Of a DNA stretch of 64,000 nucleotides, positions 18,401 through 28,074 are shown piece by piece. The position numbers and the translations under genes were made by a program. The notes below the pieces were generated by a model, which did not search any database, was not told where the DNA came from, and saw only the letters and a program-made list of their open reading frames with translations. Source of the stretch: a virus (lineage: Duplodnaviria > Caudoviricetes); IMG/VR virus record IMGVR_UViG_3300037453_000856, positions 1,092 to 65,091 of that record; one strand, given 5' to 3'. Position 1 is the stretch's first letter. Every line of letters starts with the position of its first letter.

Positions 18401-20839
18401 GCTGGCGTTGACAAGATCAGGCTTTATCGCGCTACCGAGATTACCAACGCCTATCATCTCGTTGCCACTCTCGACAATAAGCTCCAGACCTACGAAGACA
18501 ACACTCCCGAGGACTACCTTCGCAAAGAGATCGACTTTAGTACCACCGTTTTGCCTCCTGCCGGCGTCTGTTGCTATTATAAAGGCCACTTTGCTGTTGG
18601 CGGCGTGCCCGACGGCACCAATCTTAGCGCCGAAACTGGCGACAATCCCGTCATAACTCCTATTCTTTCTTCTTTCTACTCTCTTTTCCCGTTCGATTAT
18701 GACAATCCCGTTTTCGACGGTTATTCTTATTCTAACGGTGGCACTTTTAACAGCACCATTATTAAGTCTGTTCCTGCTTTTTCTACTCCTGTTAACGCTT
18801 CCGTTAACTATTCTTTCCCCGTTTCCGACAAGCTTAAGGCTGAAAAACTCAATATTTCTTTTCTCATTTCCGAGCCCTCTTCTGACGGTCTTATCGCCTA
18901 CGCCCTTCAGGACATTCTTTCTGGCCGCACCCAGCCGATGCCTGTTGTTCACTTCACCGTTCCTCCCACGGATTCCGACAATCCTCTCGTTTCTTCCTAC
19001 TCTTCCGACTCTGATGATCATCCTGAAATTCAGCCCGATAGAGTTCATCTCCCGCGTTCTGCTTCTTCTTTGAATGATGCTTATCTTGGCTGCCGCCTCA
19101 CCATTACCGCCCCCGGCGACGATAAAAAGCCTTTTGTCGTTCTTCTCGGTACTGGCGATTATACCGGCGTTACGCGTTGCCTTGATCACGTTGATTATGC
19201 TTCTTTCTATACTCTCCCCGAAGGCGCTAAACGCTATCCCTCCTTTCCCTTCTCTCTCGACCGCATTTTGTGGTCTGTGAAACGCAGAACCGACGCTAAC
19301 GGTGTTTCTTATGTTTATTCCGATGCCTTTGGCAACGAATCCCTTCTTGAACCTATTTCCGTTTCCGGCCCTAATGGCTCCAAATACCTCTCCTTTGGAT
19401 TTACCGTTAATCAAGGCACCGACTTTTCCGCTATCCGCTTTGGATTAGGCGGTGTGTTCCTTAAAGACTCTATCGAATCTTCCGACTTCTCTCTTGTCGC
19501 CTTTTCTTTTTCTGACACTAACGACGCCTTGATCGAAAGCTATTTGCCTTCTCTCGGCAAGCTTCTCGAAGAGCGTTCTGCCGCCGGCCTTGTTATGCAG
19601 ATTCCCGGTTTGGTTTCCAACTTCACCAACGCCTCTATTTTTACCGACGATGATTCTACGCCCTTTGCCAGAACTGGCATTGTTGATGGCGACGATTTTT
19701 GGCGCATTGCTGTCTTTGATAAGTATAATTCTCCTTACAACACCAATCCTGGCCCTATAACTGTTTTCCCCAGGTCTAACGGTTATCTTGTTCATGTTTG
19801 CTCCAGCAGCGATCCTACCGCTTCCGAAAAGGTTGAGCTCGCTAGCGTTTTTACGTTTGCCGACGAATTTGGCGACAGGATTACCGGTCTTGTTCCTCGT
19901 CAGAAGTTTATTCTCGTTTTTAAGGAACGCGCCATTTACGCTCTCGATCCCGACGAGCCCTCCACCAATCTTCTCAACTCCGAAGTAGGGTGTATCGCGC
20001 CCGATAGCATAGCTTCCGGTAGGTCTGGTGTTTATTGGCTTAGTGCCGATCGCCGCATTCTTCGTTCCAGCTTTACCGGCGATACCATTTACTATGCTTC
20101 CAAGGAGATTCAGCCCTGGCTCGACGGCAATCCCGCTTTCGGCGATGAGCTCTTTGACGAAACCCGCATTCGCGAGGTCAAAGCCACCTACGATGCCGAC
20201 ACTGATGAGTACATGATCGCCTTCCCGACCAAATCCGGCAAGCTTTTGCTTTTCGCCTTTTCCGACTCCGCTCAGACTTGGTTTAGGATCGTCGATCATA
20301 GCGGTACTTCCGATCTTTGTACCGAAAACGCCTTTAACTGCCTCTTTAAGAATCATGGCCGTGCCTCTTTCGCTTCTGACCACGGCGTCTATTCTTATAG
20401 TGAAGGCTATCGCTCTGGCGGCTTTTATCCGTGGAAATATGCTTCCACCTATCTTTCTGAGTCTAATGAAGGCCTCCGTAAGCATGTCAAGCGCATCCAG
20501 GTTATCAATCTTATTGACAAAAACCTTCCTGCGTCTCCTGTTCCTTGCGCCTATTTTGAGTTCTTCAGGGACCTCCTCGACACTCCTGAAGAGTCTTATC
20601 AGAACGAAGACAGGCACACCCGTAGATTCTTCGACACCAACAAGTTTGTTCAGTTTGTTCATGTTGGTCTTAGATCTCTTCTTTGGAACTTTGTTATGTA
20701 TTCCTCTGATCAGGACAAGGCTTCTTATGCCAATTTTGTCCGCATTCACGACTTTGTCCTCCACTATCGTAACAAACGCGAAGATGACCCTCGCTGGAAC
20801 GCAACCCCTTATACCGATCCGCCGATTAGAACAAATTAA
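15440..20839 (+). CDS. Tail nozzle / stabilisation protein (P22 gp10/T7 gp12-like beta-propeller) with large insertions
   Basis: GIGQPPAGP...YTY...ESEPSP, KIRLYRAT, DRITGLVPRQKFILVFKERAIY, VGCIAPDSI...GVYWLS. Confidence 0.75.
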   Translation: MLFSRNRYHRQVEQSDKHLIVNGPTNLMVDSRGVVRPFGIGQPPAGPSAKPLDKQGVLRRDISYSYLYTYFDSYNNAESEPSPCTDFVGLSKVGSFSLIGFGSVGDSVSFSKLIITGDLEKEDDYYKNQSIAVNVVNNDRKTEYSQWQYRKIIGYKWDAEQNAGIFTLSRPLINVDTDPEDRNYEVKLSDIECEEGVVGGKAAGKSKLILDPSASTDIASYRLKLIRITAGKGKGQARIIADACLNPSGLVEITLAKPWKVKPKFVDDNLPEVQKAQSEWQAKERLPISYFNRWFSSEYMIYDPMRHSGLAIDGAVTSYDKKTGLVAIDGLGNGSAILSGNVIRFVQKTEKKQEGGTTVERSSSSLVVSLENSNTADDWVESDGLIDKTIRITSGPGSGATFVISAVEKSGENSISLTLSSANYADYNSEAFSLTGTPNAASTFVIFSDDPISSPSLTIGAVSSKSEGTLYRNADADTSYSKDSSGIYYIGDSANFIPYSEWNNDNDKTGKLSLSFPGATVRLFEPKKTVGIIVRDPAAVSAIASLFPDPTVADPSIEIDLILSFANGSPDVSFRAALPSHGYVSYHSPYYAVLFFNNIGTDGKTKFKSLLTKNSKYIGDDAWSVSLASLYNHGDDSTKTADPPDNDIDPGFKIYVSSLSDLGLSSDSLVSGAYSLTFTVSPRIPEDIIPGNPDKATKKYSYRITRPILSVGDSSPDGSLAPYVVVSGALPVLYLDPKQEPHQLFPLHGAAATVIGNSLMEGFYTGWKAFFYNDDLEAKPKQKFKEARVAGYFDASGSLLLDTKLSGVGPGWSCVLFSEYSRCLGTAIAPYDSDAFYAKKSVPVKAYYDYIPLEAFAASENNPEDDTVPYEGWTVQVLSSSKRRKNGTSKYKAISSKKAEKRKRTIVKYFPTSRRAYVFYKEEDASFPADVSQYFKPQLDGSEHLWLYDESSAVDTLFNEDSDSSVEKDTSEYGCRIQVTDIRPCPYAGVDKIRLYRATEITNAYHLVATLDNKLQTYEDNTPEDYLRKEIDFSTTVLPPAGVCCYYKGHFAVGGVPDGTNLSAETGDNPVITPILSSFYSLFPFDYDNPVFDGYSYSNGGTFNSTIIKSVPAFSTPVNASVNYSFPVSDKLKAEKLNISFLISEPSSDGLIAYALQDILSGRTQPMPVVHFTVPPTDSDNPLVSSYSSDSDDHPEIQPDRVHLPRSASSLNDAYLGCRLTITAPGDDKKPFVVLLGTGDYTGVTRCLDHVDYASFYTLPEGAKRYPSFPFSLDRILWSVKRRTDANGVSYVYSDAFGNESLLEPISVSGPNGSKYLSFGFTVNQGTDFSAIRFGLGGVFLKDSIESSDFSLVAFSFSDTNDALIESYLPSLGKLLEERSAAGLVMQIPGLVSNFTNASIFTDDDSTPFARTGIVDGDDFWRIAVFDKYNSPYNTNPGPITVFPRSNGYLVHVCSSSDPTASEKVELASVFTFADEFGDRITGLVPRQKFILVFKERAIYALDPDEPSTNLLNSEVGCIAPDSIASGRSGVYWLSADRRILRSSFTGDTIYYASKEIQPWLDGNPAFGDELFDETRIREVKATYDADTDEYMIAFPTKSGKLLLFAFSDSAQTWFRIVDHSGTSDLCTENAFNCLFKNHGRASFASDHGVYSYSEGYRSGGFYPWKYASTYLSESNEGLRKHVKRIQVINLIDKNLPASPVPCAYFEFFRDLLDTPEESYQNEDRHTRRFFDTNKFVQFVHVGLRSLLWNFVMYSSDQDKASYANFVRIHDFVLHYRNKREDDPRWNATPYTDPPIRTN

Positions 20840-20872
20840 AATCGTTCTTCCCTCTTTTTTTGTATCTTCTCT

Positions 20873-21517
20873 TTGAACACAATCCCGAAGCTTATGAACT
20901 ACAATTTTGGCGTAAATCCGGCTACTTATTATAACGCTAATTCCGGTTCTAACAAGAACGCCTGGAATAGCGTTTATTCTAACAACATTCCCAAGAAAGC
21001 TGGCGCTGACAGCTCTGGTTACAACCAGACCAAAAACCTTGAGTTTAACGCTCGTCGTTACTTTTTTGATCCTGCCAACAACGTTTATAACCCCGCCAAT
21101 CGCGAGCGCTTAGTTTCCCAGCAGATTGCTAATAACAACCAGGGCTCCGACGCCGCCATTGCCGAGTCCAACGCTCAGGCCAACCGTTCCGGCCTTGCCG
21201 GTTCTGGTGCTCTCCTTGCTAATAATCGCTGGCTTAATTACGTTCGCGCTAAGCAGAACGCCGCCACTGCCTTTGATACCCGCTTCGGTATGGACAAGGC
21301 CGATCAGGATTGGAAGTATGGCATGTTCCGTGATGTCACTAACGATGCCTTTGCTTATCGTGCCAACAAAATGGCCAATACTCAGATGGCTTATAACGTT
21401 TCTTATAACGCCGCTAACGCTCGAACCGCCAAAGGGCAAGCCGACGCCGCAAAAGCTTGGGGCTGGACTTCTATGATCAATCCCGGTTCGTGGTTTAGCG
21501 GCAGCAACAAGGCTTAA
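20873..21517 (+). CDS. Ejection (internal virion) protein, Asn/Ala-rich; likely start ATG 20894
   Basis: Position after nozzle; RSGLAGSGA motif; low-complexity helical. Confidence 0.65.
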   Translation: MNTIPKLMNYNFGVNPATYYNANSGSNKNAWNSVYSNNIPKKAGADSSGYNQTKNLEFNARRYFFDPANNVYNPANRERLVSQQIANNNQGSDAAIAESNAQANRSGLAGSGALLANNRWLNYVRAKQNAATAFDTRFGMDKADQDWKYGMFRDVTNDAFAYRANKMANTQMAYNVSYNAANARTAKGQADAAKAWGWTSMINPGSWFSGSNKA

Positions 21518-21520
21518 TAT

Positions 21521-21988
21521 ATGTTTCAAGCTCTTCTCTCTGCTATTCCCGGTATTTTAGGTGGAGCTTCATCCGCTGCTGCTGGCGGTGCCGCCGCTGC
21601 TGGTACCGCTGCTGCTGCTACCGGCGCTGCTGGCGCTGCCGGTGGCGCTGGTGCTGGCATTGCTTCCGGTATTGCTTCCGGCCTTGCCGAATCTGGTGCC
21701 GCTGGTGCTGCTGGTGCCGCCGAACAAGGCGGCCTTTCTAAGTTCGTCGGTGGCGTTATGAAAAATTTCCCTGCCGTTCTCAATCCTAACGCCAATCTCT
21801 CCAACGCTTTTCCCTTTTCTTCTCGCTCTCCTAATTCCAGCGGCGGTTCTGTTGGCTCTCTTGGCGTTCCTGTTCCTACTTACAACGCTTCCAATGAAGC
21901 TGGCAATGCTTCTAATCTCGCCGGCCAGGCCCTTCGCGGCCTTCGCAACGGCGGTTCTTCCAATTCTATCTTTTCTGGTCAAGGTTAA
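21521..21988 (+). CDS. Gly/Ala-rich ejection (pilot-like) protein
   Basis: GGAAAAGTAAAATGAAG low-complexity hydrophobic tract. Confidence 0.65.
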   Translation: MFQALLSAIPGILGGASSAAAGGAAAAGTAAAATGAAGAAGGAGAGIASGIASGLAESGAAGAAGAAEQGGLSKFVGGVMKNFPAVLNPNANLSNAFPFSSRSPNSSGGSVGSLGVPVPTYNASNEAGNASNLAGQALRGLRNGGSSNSIFSGQG

Positions 21989-21993
21989 GTCTT

Positions 21994-22374
21994 ATGCCTA
22001 ATTCTGGTTATACGATCGAAATGCAGTGCCCTGACAATTCGTGCGGGCCCTTTGTTTCTTCTGCCGAACAGACCGTTTCTGTTGGCCCTGCCAAATCCGA
22101 AGGCGGTTTCCCTTGGGGCTCCGCTGCTCTTATTGGCGCCTCTCTTCTCGGTGGTGTTGGCGGTAACGCTGTCCGCTGGCTTTCTTCCGGTGGTCTTTCC
22201 GGCGGTTCCGGCGGTGGTGGTTATGGCAAAGGCTATGGCCGCGGTTATGTTCCTTATAACCCGATCAGTGTCCAGATTCCTCATTATACCCCTACCGACT
22301 TTAACGAATCTTTTGTTCGTAGCGGCCTTCCCTTCTCCATTTACGAGCTTCACCACTCTTCCAAGAAATCCTAA
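21994..22374 (+). CDS. Gly-rich small virion protein with hydrophobic segment
   Basis: WGSAALIGASLLGGVGG; GGSGGGGYGKGYG. Confidence 0.6.
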   Translation: MPNSGYTIEMQCPDNSCGPFVSSAEQTVSVGPAKSEGGFPWGSAALIGASLLGGVGGNAVRWLSSGGLSGGSGGGGYGKGYGRGYVPYNPISVQIPHYTPTDFNESFVRSGLPFSIYELHHSSKKS

Positions 22375-22379
22375 CCACT

Positions 22380-24923
22380 ATGGCCGGCACCTTTGATAAC
22401 ATTAAAGTTAAATCTAAGACTGACGCTAAGATCAACCCTAAAAAGCCGAAATTTTCCAATTACCGCGGCAAAAAGGTTGTTTCTGATTTTAATACCGCTA
22501 AAATCAACGGCGAACCTTTTCTCGAGGTTCTTCCTCCCGATCTTGCTGCCGAACTTGCTTTTCACGCGCAGAATGAGGATCAGATAAAGCTCTCCCCTCG
22601 CGCCGCCGTTGCTCTCGGTAAAATAAACAAAGGCATTGGTCTTCGCGGCGCTCAGTCCATAATTGACCTTGTCGACGATGCCCGCCGCCGTATCAAGGGT
22701 TATGATAGCGAACGTTTTGATTGGGGCATGGAAGACTGGCACAAAAATACTCGCTCCGAACTTCAGCAGGTACGTGACGCTCGCGATCTTGAATATAAAA
22801 AGCTCGATGTTGGCAAGGGCGCCATTTCTTTCATGAATGATGACGCGTCTGGTGGCGACATTATTTCCGTTCAGCTTAAGAAGAATAAAAACGGCGATTA
22901 TATAAAGGATCGCCGCACCGGCAAGCCCCTCATTTTTGATCATCCTACTGTTCTTAAGAAGACCGGCAGAGAGCTTTATAATAAGTCTCTTAACGAGGCA
23001 TATAAGGAACTTTATAATCAGTATTTTGGCGAAAGCGATCCTTATGTTGTTGGCGATGCTGTTCTTTCTGGCGACGCTGATCTTGCTGCTCTTCTCGAAC
23101 AGTTCGAGACTATGGAATATCCCGGCCATTATACCGACGAGTCTATTGCCGATAAAATGGCCGCTCTTCCTTATGGCGAGCGTCTAAATCCCGATGTTTC
23201 TGATCTTGAAAAAAACTTTATTGAAAAGGACGCTGTTACTGCTCCGATAAACGACCGCATTACCGCCGCTACCGGTGGTTCCTCTGCTGCTAACTTTGAT
23301 AGCGACGACAACTCCAAGGCTCAACGTGGCAAAGCTAAAGTCAAGCAGCTCCGCGGCGGTGCCGAGGCCGCTCGACGCGCTTTTTACAATGATGTTGTTT
23401 CTTCCGGTGGTAGTTCTCGCTTCAATCCCGATCTTGCTGGTCTTGACGGTATCTCTTATCTCTGGATGCCTTTTGTTGACAAATCCGGTATCCATACTCC
23501 TATGGCCTATAATGCTCTTGAATCTCTTGAGAATCTCTCTTTCTTGACCGATCCTCAGTCTCCTTACATTCATGACCTTTTGGCCCGTGTTACCGGCGGT
23601 GGCGCTAATATCACTTCTCCTACTGTTTTAGAAAAGCAAAACAGGCTTAAGGCACTTTTTGATCTTGCTAAGGCTTCTGCTACCCAGTCTGGCAAAGGTT
23701 CTTCTCCTAATTTCAACGAAATTGCCGCTTCTCTTCCTGTTTCCCAGTCTTCTTCTTTTGTTCTCAATCCTTACGCCGATATCAACGCTGAGGTTTCTTT
23801 GATTGGCGACTGGTTCAACAAGAACAAGAACATTTTCAATTTTCTTGGCGCTGTTCGCGATTTTTACGGCGGCCTTGCTCCCGATGATTTCCCTGTTCTT
23901 CCTTTCCCTGTTAATCTCTATGATTCTTATATTCAAGGTCTTAAGAGAAAAGACAAGAGCCAGGAACTTATAGATAATGAAGCCGCTGCTAAAAAGATTT
24001 CCTTGAACGGTAGCCGCAAAAAAGGTCAGAACGCCAAAGGTAGCAGCGATGTTTTTTATGGCACTGAAGACGAGTTTAGAGATCATGTTAATTCTCTTGC
24101 CGAGTCTCTTGGTGTTCCTTCTAAGTTTGATTCGCCTAGGGCTGCCTATGACACCCTTATTTCTAGGCTTGCACAAAAATATCCCTTTGCTTTCGACCGC
24201 GTTACTGGCACTCCTCTTTTCCGCGCTCAGTTTTCCACTCATTCCACTCCTATAGGCATCCTCGATGCTACCAAATCCAGAGATGCTTCCATCTCTTCCG
24301 AGATAAAGAACGGAGATCTTCCTTTTAACCTTTATCAAGCCATTGCTCCTGCTTATGCCGGCAGTTATCGGTATTCTAAGCCGCCTTTCCGCAGCGAGTT
24401 TACTACTCCTGCTGGTTTTGTTGGCCCTGAACAGTATGACGCTTTGTCTGCGCTTCGTAACGTCTTTTTTTATGATTATCCCGAAGGTGGCGCTCCTGGT
24501 TTCATCGATCGCTCTCATGCGATTCTTAACGATGTCGTCAATCTTTCTCAAGTTCTTGGCGGCGAGCTTAAGCACGGCTATCAGCGCGCTTATTATTCTG
24601 ACGATCCTAGCGTTGTTGCTGGTGCCGATGCCGCTGGCCTTTCCGACCTTTCTAAAGCCTTTCTCAAAATGAAGACCATCGACGATGCTCGTTCCGTTCT
24701 TGAGGGTCACATGAATCGCGCTAACGCCTTTACTAAGGAACTTTATAACCAGAAGCTTCAGGACGCCATTTCTCGCGGCCTTGCCGACTCTGTTGAGCCT
24801 TACAAGCCTCGCTTTGGCAGCCTTGATTCTGCTTATGGTGCTGACGATTATCTTAACGCTATCCGCGACATTCTTGCCCTTTCTCAGATCTATCGTAATA
24901 TCAACCCTGCTCTTTCTAGGTAA
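22380..24923 (+). CDS. Large internal virion/ejection protein (847 aa)
   Basis: Long ORF in ejection block; no recognised catalytic motif. Confidence 0.65.
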   Translation: MAGTFDNIKVKSKTDAKINPKKPKFSNYRGKKVVSDFNTAKINGEPFLEVLPPDLAAELAFHAQNEDQIKLSPRAAVALGKINKGIGLRGAQSIIDLVDDARRRIKGYDSERFDWGMEDWHKNTRSELQQVRDARDLEYKKLDVGKGAISFMNDDASGGDIISVQLKKNKNGDYIKDRRTGKPLIFDHPTVLKKTGRELYNKSLNEAYKELYNQYFGESDPYVVGDAVLSGDADLAALLEQFETMEYPGHYTDESIADKMAALPYGERLNPDVSDLEKNFIEKDAVTAPINDRITAATGGSSAANFDSDDNSKAQRGKAKVKQLRGGAEAARRAFYNDVVSSGGSSRFNPDLAGLDGISYLWMPFVDKSGIHTPMAYNALESLENLSFLTDPQSPYIHDLLARVTGGGANITSPTVLEKQNRLKALFDLAKASATQSGKGSSPNFNEIAASLPVSQSSSFVLNPYADINAEVSLIGDWFNKNKNIFNFLGAVRDFYGGLAPDDFPVLPFPVNLYDSYIQGLKRKDKSQELIDNEAAAKKISLNGSRKKGQNAKGSSDVFYGTEDEFRDHVNSLAESLGVPSKFDSPRAAYDTLISRLAQKYPFAFDRVTGTPLFRAQFSTHSTPIGILDATKSRDASISSEIKNGDLPFNLYQAIAPAYAGSYRYSKPPFRSEFTTPAGFVGPEQYDALSALRNVFFYDYPEGGAPGFIDRSHAILNDVVNLSQVLGGELKHGYQRAYYSDDPSVVAGADAAGLSDLSKAFLKMKTIDDARSVLEGHMNRANAFTKELYNQKLQDAISRGLADSVEPYKPRFGSLDSAYGADDYLNAIRDILALSQIYRNINPALSR

Positions 24924-24928
24924 TTTTT

Positions 24929-26449
24929 ATGTCTAAATCCCCCAAGACCAATAAAGCTAATGTCAATGCTAAGGCCTCCGCTAAGTTTAACAAAGCCAAG
25001 CTCGAATCTAAGGCCTCTTCCAAACGTCTTCCTAAAACGCCCGATGTTCCTCCTACTCATAAATTTGCCAGCGGGTACGACACTACCGCTTCTTATTATG
25101 CTCCTCGTCCCACCGTTGTTGAGCGTTCTGTAGAGTCTCCTGAAAAGTCTAACAACTATCGTCTTGTTAAAGCTCTTCGCGAGCACGGCCTCAATCTTGT
25201 TGCCAATAATCTTGGCGATACCACCATGTTTTATCAAGACAATGACGCTCTTGATGCCCTCCGTGAAAAACTCGCTTCAGACAAGCGTACTGATGCTCTT
25301 AGGCTTCTTGATTCTATTCAGTCCGAATCTGGCGAGCGTTTTGATCCCGATCTTTGGGAACAGGCTATCGAAGATAGGTCTCTTGACGCTTTTTACCGCA
25401 TGATCGTTCCTCGCGAGGAAGATCTCGAGTCTGATCCTAGCAAAGTCGGCGTTATAAACATCACCCCCAATAAAGGCGGTGGCACTCAGCAGGCTCTTAA
25501 AGAGTTTAATCGCCTGTCTTATCTTTATGGCCTCGATCCTGCCTTTAACTTTAGTTCTTATTGGATTGGAGACAAAGCTACTGCCGAAGACCCCTTTATG
25601 CGCTCCGTTATTAAGACTCTCGGCAGGCAGGCTCTTACTTCCAACCTCAACAAGTACGGGCAGCGGCCTCTTGGCGACTTTACTCTTTACAACATGCTTA
25701 AGGCCCTTTTTAAGGGCGAACCTTTCAACCGCGATACTGTTCTTGGTCCCGGCAGCGTTTTTGACTCCATACTTCGCGGGCTTCCGAACGAAGAGGCTCT
25801 TCGCGCTCGTCATGCCCAGGATGCCAGCGACCTTGAAGGTCGCGCTGCTGTCCTCCGCGATTTCATTGAGAAAAATCCTGTTCTCAAGGAGTTCATTCGC
25901 GTTACTAATTCTGGCCCCGGTCTTGGTGATTCTCTTTCCGAGTCTGAACTTTCTTTTGATGACGAGACTCCCGTTATGTCTAAGAGCGCTGATAAGTTTG
26001 CTCCTCGTGTTGGCGACATTTATCTTCCTCTTCCCGTTGACATAAACTGGCCCGGTCCCGGCAATGCTAGCCCTCGCCAGCTCTTTATCACTCCGTCTAA
26101 TCCCAAGTCTATCACCGATCCCAACGGCAAGAACTATTTCCGCGGCGGCAATGTTTCCTTTGGCAAGGACCAGTTTTATCTTTCTAAAAAGTCTCCCAAT
26201 GGCTCTTATCGTATTAACGAAGACCTTCCTGTTGTTCCTCGCGAAGAGCTTGCTCGCATTAAAGATTTTCCTTCTATCGAATCTCTCAACGCCGACTTTA
26301 TTAATATGAGCGAGCCTGATCGTAATCTTATTTTGGACTTTTATAACGATCTTGCTAGGAAGGTTAACAGCCGCAATAGCTCCATGGACGAACTCAACTC
26401 TGTTAAAGGGAAATATAACGCCAACTTTGAACCCCTTAAGTTCGATTAA
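24929..26449 (+). CDS. Internal virion/ejection protein (506 aa)
   Basis: Long ORF in ejection block; basic N-terminus. Confidence 0.65.
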   Translation: MSKSPKTNKANVNAKASAKFNKAKLESKASSKRLPKTPDVPPTHKFASGYDTTASYYAPRPTVVERSVESPEKSNNYRLVKALREHGLNLVANNLGDTTMFYQDNDALDALREKLASDKRTDALRLLDSIQSESGERFDPDLWEQAIEDRSLDAFYRMIVPREEDLESDPSKVGVINITPNKGGGTQQALKEFNRLSYLYGLDPAFNFSSYWIGDKATAEDPFMRSVIKTLGRQALTSNLNKYGQRPLGDFTLYNMLKALFKGEPFNRDTVLGPGSVFDSILRGLPNEEALRARHAQDASDLEGRAAVLRDFIEKNPVLKEFIRVTNSGPGLGDSLSESELSFDDETPVMSKSADKFAPRVGDIYLPLPVDINWPGPGNASPRQLFITPSNPKSITDPNGKNYFRGGNVSFGKDQFYLSKKSPNGSYRINEDLPVVPREELARIKDFPSIESLNADFINMSEPDRNLILDFYNDLARKVNSRNSSMDELNSVKGKYNANFEPLKFD

Positions 26450-26454
26450 CTTTT

Positions 26455-28074
26455 ATGTCTAGCTCTGATCCGTCCGTTTTCTCTTGGCAGCCTCCCGATG
26501 CTCAGCAGCAGCAGACTTTTGAAGAGTATCTCAAAGGTTATCCTGTTGATGTAAACGCTCAGCGCCCCAATGTCTTCGAGCAGGCTACCCAGTATTACAA
26601 CAATTCTGGTGTTCCTGGCGCTATGCCTCTTAGCCAAATGCAGGGTTATTATCGCCAGGCTGATAACGAGGCCAATGCTTATAATGCTCTTGTTATGGAC
26701 AAAAACGCCCGTCGTCGTCAGATCTTGCAGAATACTTATGCCGCCAGGGAGAAGGCCGATGCCGAGGCCGCTAAAGCCTCCGGTATGCAGTCTTGGGTCA
26801 GCAATATTCCTTTCTTCCAGAACACAGCCGCCGTTTACGATTACAATCCCGAAACTCGCAGATACGAATATCGCCTTCCCAAGGACGGCGGTGAGACCCT
26901 TGCTCAGGCTCTTCAGAATTTTGGCGCTCACTTTACCGCCGCTCTTATTGGCGATCCTGACTGGGCTCGAAATCAGCAGCGTATGGCCGTTTCTGATAAG
27001 GGCAAGGACTCTCTTAAAGAGCTCGAAGATGCCGAAAATTACCTTAACGGCAAAACTGGCGATCTGAAGACTCCTCCTGGCGTCCAGTTCTCGTCCGATC
27101 TTTATAAAACTGCTCTTACCGCTTCTGCTCACAATCCTGATGGCTTAAGCCCGCAGGAGCGCTTGAAGCTTGACGCTTTCGACAAATATTCTCGTGAGAA
27201 CGACGCTACCGCTCGCTCTGCTAAGGCTATTCGTGACAAGCAGCTTTCTCTCGTCAATAATTTTAAGAAAAATTATAACACCGCCAGCGCCAATTACGCT
27301 TCTATGCTCGACCCCGATACCATCGACCTTGCTTTTCTTGTTCCCGGTCAGATGGAAGGCCCCGCTGCTCTTGACATGAAGCGCGCTACCGACGCCACTT
27401 TCCAGCTTCTTGGTATTGCTAACGATCCTGATTTTCCCGACGAGGTTAGGGCCGACGCTCTTCAGAAGGTTAATCAGCTCAAGCGCATTCGTGATGCCTA
27501 TGGCCGCGCTTCTCAGTACATTAAATCCGGCCCTCGTTCTGTTACGAATGCTGGCGTCGAGAAAGGCGCCGCGTGGCTTAATCCTAACGCCTATTTTAAG
27601 GGTATCAACAATGGTATCCCTGCTTTCTGGGGCGACATTGGCCTTGAACCCCTTCGCTCTGTTCCTGGCGAGTCTGGCGGTAGCATTTCTAGTTTCTTTG
27701 CCGATCCTAAAAGCGGTTATACTTATACCAGTCTTTTTCCCGATACTTACACTCCTCGCGACGAGTCTAATTCTTCCGCTCCCAGGACTTTCTTTGAAAC
27801 TCCTGCTGCTGCAAACTTTTTTAAGCAATTTCAGAATCTTTATAACTCTTATTCCACTCTTTACGGTTGGCTTCCTGAGGATTCTCGTACCGCTCTTAAC
27901 AACACTTACGCTTCCATTCTCAGCAAGACATTCCCTAAGCGTTATTATGACGAACTTGCTAAAGCTCGTCTCTTGGACAGCAAAGCCGTTTCTTACGATG
28001 CCTTTATGAACCAGGTTCTTAAGTCTTTCTTGGCTTACGGTGCTGCGAACGCTTTTGCTACCCCCTCTGAGTAA
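26455..28074 (+). CDS. Internal virion/ejection protein (539 aa), helical Ala/Gln-rich
   Basis: Long ORF in ejection block. Confidence 0.65.
   Translation: MSSSDPSVFSWQPPDAQQQQTFEEYLKGYPVDVNAQRPNVFEQATQYYNNSGVPGAMPLSQMQGYYRQADNEANAYNALVMDKNARRRQILQNTYAAREKADAEAAKASGMQSWVSNIPFFQNTAAVYDYNPETRRYEYRLPKDGGETLAQALQNFGAHFTAALIGDPDWARNQQRMAVSDKGKDSLKELEDAENYLNGKTGDLKTPPGVQFSSDLYKTALTASAHNPDGLSPQERLKLDAFDKYSRENDATARSAKAIRDKQLSLVNNFKKNYNTASANYASMLDPDTIDLAFLVPGQMEGPAALDMKRATDATFQLLGIANDPDFPDEVRADALQKVNQLKRIRDAYGRASQYIKSGPRSVTNAGVEKGAAWLNPNAYFKGINNGIPAFWGDIGLEPLRSVPGESGGSISSFFADPKSGYTYTSLFPDTYTPRDESNSSAPRTFFETPAAANFFKQFQNLYNSYSTLYGWLPEDSRTALNNTYASILSKTFPKRYYDELAKARLLDSKAVSYDAFMNQVLKSFLAYGAANAFATPSE

Noticed and set aside
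22380-24923. Virion RNA polymerase (N4- or crAss-like)
   Set aside because: DDASG and K...YG are present but with the wrong spacing for Rx3Kx7YG; no DxDGD in a suitable context.
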